Shown piece after piece: positions 52,372 to 64,000 of a DNA stretch of 64,000 nucleotides. The translations under genes were made by a program, and so were the position numbers. The stretch covers positions 7,874,001-7,938,000 of the forward strand of contig OZ024763.1 of NCBI GenBank assembly GCA_964016885.1, written 5' to 3'. The notes under the pieces were generated by a model that did no database searches, was not told where the DNA came from, and saw nothing but the letters and a program-made list of their open reading frames with translations. The first letter of the stretch is position 1. Each line of letters opens with the position of its first letter. Source of the DNA: Eledone cirrhosa. Lineage: Eukaryota.

Positions 52372-53034
52372 TTATATACGTGTGTGTATAAAAAATAATG
52401 TCGAGTAGAACAAAAAACAACAAAACACAGTGGTCTATATATATAAAGAGAGGTAACACTCATCTAAGATTACATCTGCAACTAATGGTTTCATGAACTA
52501 ATGTAACCTTCAGAGCTGCCAGCTCTGGTTGTTAGGAATATCTGAGTGTTTGTACAATGTTCAAATTTAGGAACATTCTTCAAAGTTCTGGAAACTTCTT
52601 CACTCTTCTGTTTCAATGGTTTTAAAATATCTTTCTGCCTCAGGATTTTTTTTCCATTTGAACAGTTTTCAGTTTTATTTGCATTTTATTGTTTTTTTTA
52701 TCTTATTTTTATTTTATTTCGTGAATTTCGTGAAATTTATTTCTACTAGCTGGTGGTGGTGGTGGTGGTGGTGGTGGTGGTTGTGGTGGTGGTGGTGGTG
52801 GTTGTGGTGGTGGTGGTGGTGGTGGTGGTGTTGGTTGTGGTTGTGGTGGTGGTGGTGGTTGTGGTGGTGGTTGTGGTTGTGGTGGTGGTTGTAGTAGTGG
52901 TGGTGGTTGTTGTGGTGGTGCTGGTGGTGGTTGTGGTGGTGGTGGTGGTTGTGGTGGTGGTGATGACAGTAATGGTAGTAGTAGTAGTGGTGGTGATGAC
53001 AGTAATGGTAGTAGTGGTGGTGATGACAGTAATG

Positions 53035-53066
<32 letters not shown>

Positions 53067-53689
53067 AGTAGTAGTAGTAGTGGTGGGGTGATGACAGTAA
53101 TGGTAGTAGTAGTAGTGGTGGGGTGATGACAGTAATGGTAGTAGTAGTAGTGGGGTGATGACAGTAATGGTAGTAGTAGTGGTAGTGGTAGTGGTGGTGG
53201 CAATGGTCGTGCTGCTCCTGTGGCTGTTACCACCATAAAATGGTAAAATATTCCATTCATACCATTTGTTGCCAAAAATTTATTGATGTTTGTTGTTTGT
53301 TGTTTGTTTGTCAAACATGTTCTGGAATGTCACATGTTTTATAAATATTGGTGTAATGGGGTCTCAGGTGAATATAGAGAGAGGGGGGAGACAGAGAGGG
53401 GCGAGAGACAGAGAGAGGGGCGAGAGAGAGGTGTGAGAGACAGAGAGGTGAGAGGGTGAGAGAGAGGGGCGAGAGAGAGGTGTGAGAGACAGAGAGGTGA
53501 GAGGGTGAGAGAGAGAGACAGAGAGATGGGAGAGAGAGAGAGAGAGAGGCATACAGAAAGAAAGACAGACAGACAGACAGACACAGAGAGGGAGAGTGAG
53601 ACATAGAGATAAGAGAAAGAGAGAAAGACAGAGATAGATAGAGACAGAGAGAGACAGCAAGAGAGAGAGAAAGAGAGAGACAGCGAGAA

Positions 53690-53722
<33 letters not shown>

Positions 53723-54124
53723 AAGAGAGAGACAGCGAGAAAGAGAGAGAGAGAGAGAGACTATCTGTTGCATTCATCTTTGCATAGAGTCATCTGAAGA
53801 CAGAATATATTCCCCTGCCTCCCTCCTACACACCTCCACACACACATCTACCTTGCGCCCACCTGTCCCTCCCCCCTCCCCGCCACACACACACTTGCCA
53901 TCAATAGGAAGTCTTTGATCTCAATGAATGAAAATAAACTCAGCACACACATCAACTTTTAGAAGGAAAGGAAGAGAGAGAGCAAGGGCGGGGAGTAGAG
54001 AGGGAGAGAGTGAGAGGGCGGAGTGTGGAGGTGTGGGGGTAGACAGGGGGATGGGGTTCAGGTGCGGGGGGGGGTGATAGAGAGAAAGAGTGAAAGAAAG
54101 AGAGCAAAAGAAAGAAAAAGAAAG

Positions 54125-54184
<60 letters not shown>

Positions 54185-54631
54185 GTATCACTGCAGAAAT
54201 CAATGGAAACAACAACAACAAGGGCTACAATAAAAACAACAACAATAACAACAACAGGAAAGAATATAAAGATACTTGATAAAACGAACATTTAAATCAC
54301 AAAATAATGTGATATGCATTTAGATATACAATTATATACACACACACAAACACACACAAACACACACAAACATACACACACATACATACATACATACATA
54401 CACATACATACATACATACATACACAAACATGCACTCTCATCCCTTAGCTCTTAATGGAACCTAGGGCCGCCATCGCTTTTTAAACATGGTGGAGAACCT
54501 ATGCCTCTCCAGGTTGAAATGCAAACAACTTCTTCCATCATAGTTTTATGTAAGAACCTTTGTTAAGTTATGTTCCAAACACCAGCTTAACAACAGGTTA
54601 GTTATATTACTAAATCCCTCCAAATTCTTGA

Positions 54632-55332
54632 TCTTCTTCTTCTTCTCTCACTTATTACTGAGAAGGTCGTGGGGACAGAGTCCTCAAACTCTCCTTCCAG
54701 CGGGTCCTGTCAGAAGCAACAGTTTCCAACTGATCTGGTTGTATCCCCCAAGCGAGACCAACCAAGCTCATGGATGTTATCCCACCATCTTGCTCAGGGT
54801 CTACCCTTGGGTCTCCTGCCTGTTGGTTTTGAGACATTCTAACCACATGTCCATAGTATCAGAGCTGTGATCTCTCAATTGGGAGAAGTAGCAGCTCTAC
54901 CTGGAGTGACTCCCTGATTTCTGAGCTACAAATCTGTCCAGGGATTCTCTCCTGAGACATTCTAACCACATGTCCATAGTATCAGAGCTGTGATCTCTCA
55001 ATTGGGAGAAGTAGCAGCTCTACCTGGAGTGACTCCCTGATTTCTGAGCTACAAATCTGTCCAGGGATTCTCTCCTGAGACATTCTAACCACATGTCCAT
55101 AGTATCAGAGCTGTGATCTCTCAATTGGGAGAAGTAGCAGCTCTACCTGGAGTGACTCCCTGATTTCTGAGCTACAAATCTGTCCAGGGATTCTCTCCTG
55201 AGACATTCTAACCACATGTCCATAGTATCAGAGCTGTGATCTCTCAATTGGGAGAAGTAGCAGCTCTACCTGGAGTGACTCCCTGATTTCTGAGCTACAA
55301 ATCTGTCCAGTGATTCTTTCCTGAGACATTCT
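54632..55332 (-). pseudogene. RTE-like LINE 3' end with a 4 x 123-bp internal tandem repeat (54831-55332)
   Basis: Unit translates SSEIRESLQVELLLLPIERSQL*YYGHVVRMSQERI; downstream reads IQPDQLETVASDRTRWKESL; (GAA)n tail at 54633-54645. Confidence 0.88.
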
Positions 55333-55472
55333 GATTGTTTTCAAAATGATTTGAAAGCCATAAACAATGTCTTTCGTAAAAATGAATATGATAACAAAGG
55401 GGTTAGCTGTTAGCTGTTTTCATACCAAACAACCAGAAACCAGCTCTGATTGTATGATATAAAGCTGTTTAA

Positions 55473-56018
55473 CCCTTTGCCATTTACATTACTCTATATA
55501 TACTACTAGCAGATTTACCTGGCGTTGCCCGGGGTTTGAAATGCAACAAAGAATAAACAAGAAACAAACGATAATATTAGTGATTTATCTTCAAATGAAT
55601 CTGATGTTTATATTTCTGTCAATAAAGTTGGTTATCTCCCTTACATCAATTTTGATATCGATTTGTTATTGCTCAACGTGGGTCGATTTGAAAAATGTTT
55701 GTGATGTGACAATCTTAGCGACCTGTGCAACGAGCACAGAAAATTTGATCAAATTCAGTTGGTAATTGTAAAAGCCTTAAGTATGCAAAGTTGTACACAG
55801 ACACACACACATCCTCGCTTTTATATATATATATATAAAGATTGTATTTTCATGGTAAAGGCTTTATCTCATATAATTATTTTGCATAATATCGAATCTA
55901 CGAGATTTTGATATTATATATTTTGAGAACAATACCTTAACATAATGATTGGCTGGTGTTTGAACAGAAAGAGGTGGGAGAATTCTGGCTGGCTATAACC
56001 GGTTTAAATGCTAAAGGG
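55473..56018 (+). mobile_element. piggyBac-like MITE, single-unit copy interrupted by a Helitron
   Basis: TTAA|CCCTTTGCCATTTA ... TAAATGCTAAAGGG|TTAA. Confidence 0.85.
55506..55841 (-). mobile_element. Non-autonomous Helitron, 336 bp
   Basis: Minus strand starts TC(TTTATATA..) and ends CTAG, with subterminal hairpin CCGGGCAACGCCAGG. Inserted between A and T of the MITE's TATACTA|TTGTATTTT with no TSD. Confidence 0.88.
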
Positions 56019-56482
56019 TTAATTTAAAGTGTTTATGTTTATCTAAAAAGCCTTCCATCAGATTTTTATGTAAGCACTTTTGTTAAGTATATAAACTTAT
56101 TTATTTTGTCAACATAACCATTGTCATAATATTACAAATAAAAAGAAAAAGAAAACATATAACCTTGGGAGTTTGCTGGCAATAAAATATATTTTTAAGA
56201 TTCCAAACAGTATCTCAAAATGTGGGGGACACTTTATTCAACAAATTTCAGTTATATAAGGTTTCCAATAAAAATAAAGGAAAAAGGAAAAAGAAAAAAT
56301 TTAAAAAGCAAAGGTAAGGGGAAGTGGTGGGGGTGACCAGTTGACTCTACACCCCAAGCTAGGGGTAATATATCTCAGTTGTACTTTGTGGATAAAATGT
56401 AGAAGGTATATTACCACTGAGAACAGCCAGAGACAGCCACTACATCAGTCACAACACCTCACATATCTCAGTTACAAGTTAT

Positions 56483-57056
56483 ATTGGATGTGGTTCATCA
56501 TAAGCTGGGCCACATTAGATGTGGCTCATCATAAGCTGGGCCACATTGGATGTGGCTCATCATAAGCTGGGCCACATTGGATGTGGCTCATCATAAGCTG
56601 GGCCACATTGGATGTGGTTCATCATAAGCTGGGCCACATTAGATGTGGCTCATCATAAGCTGGGCCACATTAGATGTGGCTCATCATAAGCTGGGCCACA
56701 TTGGATGTGGCTCATCATAAGCTGGGCCACATTGGATGTGGCTCATCATAAGCTGGGCCACATTAGATGTGGCTCATCATAAGCTGGGCCACATTGGATG
56801 TGGCTCATCATAAGCTGGGCCACATTGGATGTGGCTCATCATAAGCTGGGCCACATTGGATGTGGTTCATCATAAGCTGGGCCACATTGGATGTGGCTCA
56901 TCATAAGCTGGGCCACATTGGATGTGGCTCATCATAAGCTGGGCCACATTGGATGTGGCTCATCATAAGCTGGGCCACATTGGATGTGGCTCATCATAAG
57001 CTGGGCCACATTGGATGTGGCTCATCATAAGCTGGGCCACATTAGATGTGGCTCAG
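56483..57056. repeat. 31-bp minisatellite (~18 copies) with an internal hairpin
   Basis: Unit CATCATAAGCTGGGCCACATTGGATGTGGCT. Confidence 0.96.
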
Positions 57057-57121
57057 GAGACCACTAGTCATGTGAGTACTCGATACATGAGGGGATGTAG
57101 AGTGGGTATAGAGATATGTAA

Positions 57122-57210
57122 AATCCCGACAACTTGTGTGTTAAGCAAGCCTTATCTAGGGCATAGTCTTTGTTAAGGCTTAACACACAAGCTGAAACCA
57201 CGGTTGGAAT
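57122..57210 (+). ncRNA. Degenerate hammerhead-like motif with a long stem II
   Basis: AATCC-CGACAA-CTTGTGTGTTAAGC...GCTTAACACACAAG-CT-GAAAC-CACG-GTT-GGAAT. The 14-bp stem is perfect; the CUGANGA box is broken. Confidence 0.4.
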
Positions 57211-58078
57211 CTCACACATCTCTGCAGAAGTCCTTCTCCCTACATCCTTACATTCCTAGGCTAAAGTTGTCAATTTCTTTCTGGGCCCTTCTTCATTAGG
57301 GCTTCATATTTCTTCCTCCTCTCCACATCATTCTACCACAAAAGCTTCCTCCATGTCTTACACTTCCTCTTCTTCCTCTTCCTCTTCAACATTTTTATCC
57401 TTCCCCTCACCCTCATACCCTACCCCCTTCTCCACCTCCCTGGTTCCCCCCCCTCCTCTCTCTCCTCTCCCTTCCCCTCCTCACCACCATCACCACCATC
57501 ACCACCACTTCCCTGCTCCTCTCCTCCTCACCCCCCACCCCATTATTATTCCCCCACCACCACCAACACCACCACCACCACCACACACCACGACACCACT
57601 CCACCATTCGTTCCGGTGGGTTAATGAAACATACTGAAAAAGGCAATACACCCACCATCACCACCACCACCCCCACACACACTTCCCTGCTCCCCTCCCA
57701 CCACCACCACCATCCCCTACTTCACCCCACCGTTCCGGTTGGTTAACGAGACATGCTGAAGAAGCCGATTTGTATTTCTGGCAATTAAAATGACACAGGA
57801 GTAAAATGTCTTCAGAAGAGATATGAATGTTTGATTGAGAATCAGTGGAGCGGAAAATTGATGAGATGAGAAGTTGGGGTGTGGTGCGGTGGGTGGAGAG
57901 AGGGCAGGGAGAGTGGTGAGGGGTGGAGAGGTGGAGAGGAGGGGGTGTAAATATGCTTTCTTTCTTTCTCTTTCTCTCTCTCTCTACATATCTTATAAGT
58001 TGCTCCAGTTTATTATAAAGTGCACCAGCAGCAGTAGTGGTGGTAGTAGTGGTAGTAGTAGTGGTAGTGGTAGTAGTG

Positions 58079-58118
<40 letters not shown>

Positions 58119-58314
58119 TGGTAGTAGTGGTAGCGGTGGTGGTGGTAGTAGTAGTATTAGTAGTAGTAGTAGTAGTAGTGGTAGTGGTAGTAGTGGTAGT
58201 AGTAGTAGTGGTGGTAGTGGTGGTAATAGTAGTAGTAGTAGTGGTGGTGGTAGTAGATAACACAACAAAATGTTGACTAGTGAGCGACAGTGGGAGGGGG
58301 GACAAATTTTGCAG

Positions 58315-58616
58315 ATCTCATTGTATTTGTATATAAACAAGTACATAGGTACAAGGAGAAAGGGAGATCAAGGAGAGCAATGATAAAAGGAGAGCAAGGA
58401 GAGCACTGAGAAAAAGGAGAGCAAGGAGAGCAATGAGAAAAGGAGAGTAAGGAGAACAATTAGAAGAGAGCAAGGAGAGCAGTGAGAAAAGGAGAGCAAG
58501 GAGAAAGGAGAGCAAGGGGATAAAGGGGAGTGGGGGGGGGGGTGAATGATTAGGAGGAGAGGAGCATATATACATATATCAGTATATGGTTATATATATA
58601 TACACAATGTATATAT

Positions 58617-58712
<96 letters not shown>

Positions 58713-58916
58713 ATATATATATATACATTAGCTGGGGTTTTCTCTAAGAGATAGGGAACAGTACACAACTTTTGAACAGAATTGTTGTGTCTACTATGTT
58801 CCAACTTCAAGGTGTTTGAGGGTCACCTAACAATTGTCCGATTGAGCTGAAATTTGGCACACCCTGTTGTTTTGTTGATTGGGGTGGGAAATTACCTATT
58901 GCTAAGGGCCACCCTA
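58315..58916 (+). mobile_element. Deleted derivative of the hATm-like element at 18770-20446
   Basis: Shares TCTCATTGTATTTGTATATAAACAAGTACATAGGTACAA plus GGAGAGCAA repeats, and the right end CAACTTCAAGGTGTTTGAGGGTCACCTAAC..TAAGGGCCACCCTA. Confidence 0.75.
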
Positions 58917-59169
58917 ATACACACCAACACACCAACACACACACACACCAACACACACACACACACCAACACACACACACACACTATGTTTTCGTCCTGT
59001 ACTGTCTTCATGTCTTTCTTGGTAGACTCTTTGTGGTTAATAAAGAAATCATCTCGCCGAGGTTAACTTTGCCTTTCATCCTTACGGGGTCGAAAAAATA
59101 AAGTACCAGTAATGTACTGGGGGTAATTGCTGGCCTTGTGCTTAAAGTAGAAACAATTATTATTATTAT

Positions 59170-59384
59170 TAACCACTGTGGTCTTTTAATGGGCTTTCTC
59201 CACAAATGTCCCTCGGAAGTCTCCCCCCTATTGGGGAATTTTTCTTTGTTATTTTATTTCAACCTCTGTTTTTTTTACACGCAGAAATGCCCATTTGTAC
59301 CGTCCTGTATTGTCCTGTACTGTCCTTAATGTCTACTTTATGTAAACCCTTGTGGTTAATAAAGAAAACATTATTATTAACCTC

Positions 59385-59390
<6 letters not shown>
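59170..59390 (+). mobile_element. Dispersed repeat, probable LINE 3' UTR; inverted copy at 33642-33760
   Basis: GCAGAAATGCCCATTTGTACCGTCCTGTATTGTCCTG..AAACCCTTGTGGTTAATAAAGAAA followed by (TAA)n. Confidence 0.6.
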
Positions 59391-59420
<30 letters not shown>

Positions 59421-59427
<7 letters not shown>

Positions 59428-59558
59428 TGTTTCTACTTTTGGCACAAGGCCAGCAAATACCCAGTGCATTACTGGTACTTTATGGGGTCGATAAAATAAA
59501 GTACCAGTAATACACTGGAGTAATTGCTGGCCTTGTGCCAAAAGTAGAAACAATTATT
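59421..59558. mobile_element. Fold-back pair of SINE family 1 tails
   Basis: ~60-bp arms around a 12-bp loop GGGGTCGATAAA. Confidence 0.85.
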
Positions 59559-60425
59559 TTTATTATAAAACTCACGATTAAATTCCAATTTCTATGAAAC
59601 GAAATAAAGAATCTTTGGGAAATGTCTTTGAGAAGATCTGGAGAATGTCTTTAGCTTTAACTATATTCTTCTCCTCTTCCTCCCCCATCTCTCTCTCTCT
59701 CTCTCTCTTCTCACCCTCTCTCTCTCCCGTCTCACCCTATCTCTCTCCTCTCACTCTCTTCTCACCCTCTCTCTCCTCTCACTCTCTTCTCACCCTCTCT
59801 CTCTCCTCTCACTCTCTCTCTCCTCTCATTCTCTTCTCACCCTCTCTCCTCTCCCTTCCACTCTCCCTCTCTCTCACCTCTCCCTCACTTCACACCCTCC
59901 CTCTCTTCCATCTCACCCGCCTTCACTTCTATCTGCCCCCCCCCCTCTCCCACACCAGCCTCCCTCCCTCCCTCCCTATAACATCTCTCTACCAACATTT
60001 CTATTCCATTCCATTCTATTCCACATTCTTTTATTCCATTATTCCACTTCCCACCATTGTTGCTGTTCTTGTCACTACCACCACTACTACCACTACTGCT
60101 ACTACTACCACTACTACTACTAGCACCACCACCACTACCACCACTACTACCACCACCACTACCACCACCACCACCACCACTACCACCACTACCCCCACCA
60201 CCCCCACCACCACAATCACCCCCCCACACACACACAAACCCCCCCACCACCACCACCACCACCACCCCCACACACACACAACCCCCCCCCCACCACCACC
60301 ACCACCACTACACTATATTCTGTAGAAGAGACACCATTCACAGTGAGACCTATTCATTGATTCTCAGGAAAATCCTTTAGAAAAACTGAATAAAAAAATC
60401 CTCCTGCATTTTAAAATAACTGCAT

Positions 60426-62115
60426 TGATGGTGGTGGTGGTGGTGGTGGTGGTGGTGGTGGTGGTGGTGATGATGGTGGTGGTGGTGGTGGTGGTGGCGG
60501 TGGTGGTGATGATGGTGGTGGTGGTGGTGGTGGTGGTGGTGATGGTTGGTGGTGGTGGTGGTGGTGGTGATGGTGGTGGTGGTGGTGGTGATGGTGATGA
60601 TGGTGGTGGTGGTGGTGGTGATGGTGGTGGTGGTGATGGTGATGGTGGTGGTGGTGGTGATGGTGGTGGTGGTGGTGGTGGTGATGGTGGTGGTGGTGGT
60701 GGTGGTGGTGGTGGTGATGGTGGTGGTGGTGGTGGTGATGGTGATGGTGGTGGTGGTGGTGGTGGTGATGGTGGTGGTGGTGGTGGTGATGGTGGTGGTG
60801 GTGGTGGTGGTGGTGGTGGTGGTGGTGATGGTGGTGATGGTGATGGTGGTGGTGGTGGTGATGATGGTGGTGGTGGTGGTGGTGATGGTGATGGTGGTGA
60901 TGGTGATGGTGGTGGTGGTGGTGATGATGGTGGTGGTGGTGGTGGTGTTGGTGGTGGTGTTGGTGGTGTGGTGGTGTTGGTGGTGGTGTTGGTGGTGGTG
61001 GTGTTGGTGGTGGTGTTGGTGGTGTGGTGGTGTGGGTGGTGGTGTTGGTGGTGTGGTGGTGTTGGTGTGGTGGTGTTGGTGGTGGTGTTGGTGTTGGTGG
61101 TGGTGTTGGTGTTGGTGGTGGTGGTGGGGTTTGTGGTGGTGATGGTGGTGGTGTTGGTGGTGGTGGTGGTGTTGGTGGTGGTGGTGTTGGTGGTGGTGGT
61201 GGTGGTGTTGGTGGTGGTGGTGTTGGTGGTGGTGGTGGTGGTGGTGGTGTTGGTGGTGGTGGTGGTGTTGGTGGTGGTGTTGGTGTTGGTGGTGGTGTTG
61301 GTGTTGGTGGTGGTGGTGGGGTTTGTGGGGTGGTGATGGTGATGGTGGTGATGGTGGTGATGGTGTTGGTGGTGGTGGTGGTGGTGGTGGTGTTGGTGGT
61401 GGTGGTGGTGTTGGTGGTGGTGGTGGTGGTGGTGGTGTTGGTGGTGGTGTTGGTGGTGTGGTGGTGTTGGTGGTGGTGTTGGTGGTGTGGTGGTGTTGGT
61501 GTTGGTGGTGGTGTTGGTGTTGGTGGTGGTGGTGGGGTTTGTGGTGGTGATGGTGATGGTGGTGATGGTGGTGATGGTGTTGGTGGTGGTGGTGGTGGTG
61601 GTGGTGTTGGTGGTGGTGGTGGTGTTGGTGGTGGTGGTGGTGGTGGTGGTGTTGGTGGTGGTGTTGGTGGTGTGGTGGTGTTGGTGGTGGTGTTGGTGGT
61701 GTGGTGGTGTTGGTGGTGGTGTTGGTGGTGGTGTTGGTGTTGGTGGTGGTGTTGGTGGTGGTGGTGGTGTTGGTGGTGGTGTTGGTGGTGTGGTGGTGTT
61801 GGTGTGGTGGTGTTGGTGGTGGTGTTGGTGGTGGTGGTGGTGTTGGTGTTGGTGGTGGTGGTGGGGTTTGTGGTGGTGATGGTGATGATGGTGGTGGTGG
61901 TGGTGGTGGTGTTGGTGGTGGTGGTGGTGTTGGTGGTGGTGGTGTTGGTGGTGGTGGTGGTGGTGCTGGTGTTGGTGGTGGTGGTGGTGTTGGTGGTGGT
62001 GTTGGTGTTGGTGGTGGTGGTGGTGTTGGTGGTGGTTGTGGTGGTGGGGTTTGTGGTGGTGATGGTGATGATGGTGGTGGTGGTGGTGGTGGTGATGGTG
62101 ATGGTGGTGATGAGG
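60426..62115. repeat. 1.7-kb (GGT/GAT/GTT)n tract with higher-order duplications
   Basis: Direct reading; GGGGTTTGTGG recurs as a marker. Confidence 0.97.
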
Positions 62116-62121
62116 ATAGCA

Positions 62122-62315
62122 ACAATAATAATTGTTTCTACTTTAGGCACAAGGCCAGCAATTACCCCAGTGAATTACTGGTACTTTATTTTATCGACCC
62201 CCGTAAAGGATGAAAGGTAAAGTTAACCTCGGCGGGATTTGAACTCAGAACATTAAAGGGACGTAACTCTATGCTGGAAAGCATGGCGACCGACTCTCTG
62301 CCGACACTGGCAATC
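62122..62315 (-). mobile_element. SINE family 1, near full length; further tail fragments at 62816-62970
   Basis: Reverse complement of head, B-box, core and tail. Confidence 0.9.
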
Positions 62316-62329
62316 TACATTATAACCAC

Positions 62330-62778
62330 CTAGAGGTGAATCGGGTGCTCCACCAATCCTGAACCACCCAACAGCTCGAGGGTACTACACAGGAAAGGTA
62401 CTCTTCTCCTCCTAAACGCACATGCTCAGAGTAGGGCCACTCACCCAAGCCACATTCACCCCCCTTCTAACAATGTAGTGGGAGGGCAGCACTTCTCTCT
62501 CACCTTTCTTTCCAAGTGAAACTTTACAAAGCTACGGAACTGACCAAAGAGAAGAGTGTCTGTGTTCAGTCCTTTCAACCGGGTCCACTGTAAAACATGT
62601 TTCGCTACGGCCACCAGACAGAGGTAAATTACCTGCCCTTCCCGGCCGAAACATAGGTGTTCCACATAACTCCACAAGTCAGCAATGCGCGGACACTGGA
62701 CAAGTGCTTGCAGAACAGTTTCGACCCTCTGTGTCTATCTCAGGCAGGTCCTTCTGACAGCGCTTCCACACCTGTTGA
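62330..62778 (-). pseudogene. L1/Tx1-like LINE ORF2 C-terminal fragment
   Basis: RRTCLR*..ETVLQALVQCPRIADLWSYVEHL..VAVAKHVLQWTRLKG resembles the CxxC..ETxxHxxxxC..W zinc knuckle region. Confidence 0.65.
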
Positions 62779-62999
62779 GAATAATAACAGTATTGATGAT
62801 GATGATGATAGTAATAGCTGTTTCTATTTTGGGCGCAAGGCCAGCAATTTATCCAGTGTATTACTGGTACTTTATTTTATCTACCCCGTAATGACTGTTT
62901 CTGCTTTTGGCACAAAGCCAGCAATTACCCCGGTGTATTACTGGTACTTTATGTTATTGACCCTGTAAAATACAGTAGACATCACTACCATGAACACCA

Positions 63000-64000
63000 C
63001 CACCACTACTACCACCTATACTACACCACTGTTTATCACTACCACCACCACCACCTCTACTACAACCTATACTACATCACTATCCGGTACCCCCACCTCT
63101 ACTACAACCTATACTACATCACTATCCACTACCCCCACCTCTACTACAACCTATACTACATCACTATCCGGTACCCGCACCTCTACTACAACCTATACTA
63201 CATCACTATCAGGTACCACCACCTCTACTACAACCTATACTACATCACTATCCACTACCCCCACCTCTACTACAACCTATACTACATCACTACCACCACC
63301 ACCACCTCTACTACAACCTATACTACATCACTATCCGGTACCCCCACCTCTACTACAACCTATACTACATCACTATCAGGTACCACCACCTCTACTACAA
63401 CCTATACTACATCACTATCAGGTACCCCCACTTCTACTACAACCTATACTACATCACTACCACCACCACCACCTCTACTACAACCTATACTACATCACTA
63501 TCCGGTACCCCCACCTCTACTACAACCTATACTACATCACTATCTGGTACCACCACCTCTACTACAACCTATACTAAATCACTATCCACTACCCTCACCT
63601 CTACTACAACCTATACTACATCACTACCACTACCACCACCTCTACTACAACCTATACTACATCACTATCAGGTACCCCCACCTCTACTACAACCTATACT
63701 ACATCACTATCAGGTACCCCCACCTCTACTACAACCTATACTACATCACTACCACCACCACCACCTCTACTACAACCTATACTACATCACTATCCACTAC
63801 CCCCACCTCTACTACAACCTATACTACATCACTACCACCACCACCACCTCTACTACAACCTATACTACATCACTATCCACTACCCCCACCTCTACTACAA
63901 CCTATACTACATCACTATCAGGTACCCCCACCTCTACTACAACCTATACTACATCACTATCCGGTACCCCCACCTCTACTACAACCTATACTACATCACT
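63000..64000. repeat. ~42-bp minisatellite running off the window end
   Basis: Unit CCACCTCTACTACAACCTATACTACATCACTATCCGGTACCC with variant spacers. Confidence 0.95.

Noticed and set aside
56483-57056. CRISPR array (31-bp hairpin repeat)
   Set aside because: Units are head-to-tail with no unique spacers, there are no cas genes, and the context is eukaryotic.
62990-63577. Mucin-like Thr/Ser repeat exon
   Set aside because: It is a 42-bp minisatellite whose reading frame shifts between units, with no splice sites or signal peptide evident.

Overview
This is AT-rich eukaryotic non-coding DNA. The repeat families point to an octopod cephalopod, which is an inference from family resemblance and not a database result. 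I find no credible cellular protein-coding gene. Almost every ORF in the track is a translation of microsatellite ((TA)n, (CA)n, (GA)n, (GAA)n, (GGT)n, (TAGG)n), and the rest are decayed transposon fragments. Recognisable elements are: two tRNA-derived SINE families plus V-domain SINE pieces; RTE, R4/Dong-like and L1/Tx1-like LINE fragments; hAT (hATm-like) elements; a TTAA-flanked piggyBac-like MITE in four copies; and a non-autonomous Helitron. The most notable signal is a set of short inserts in (TA)n tracts that carry minimal type I hammerhead ribozyme folds of the Penelope-like kind. Three related copies (13217, 28478, 44066) show covarying stem II pairs. A perfect 242-bp palindrome (20474-20715) carries an intact hammerhead on each strand. 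A second theme is minisatellites born inside transposons (37, 47, 72, 123 and ~26 bp units). The clearest case is one MITE family that holds 1, 1, ~12 and ~23 copies of its internal 72-bp unit.
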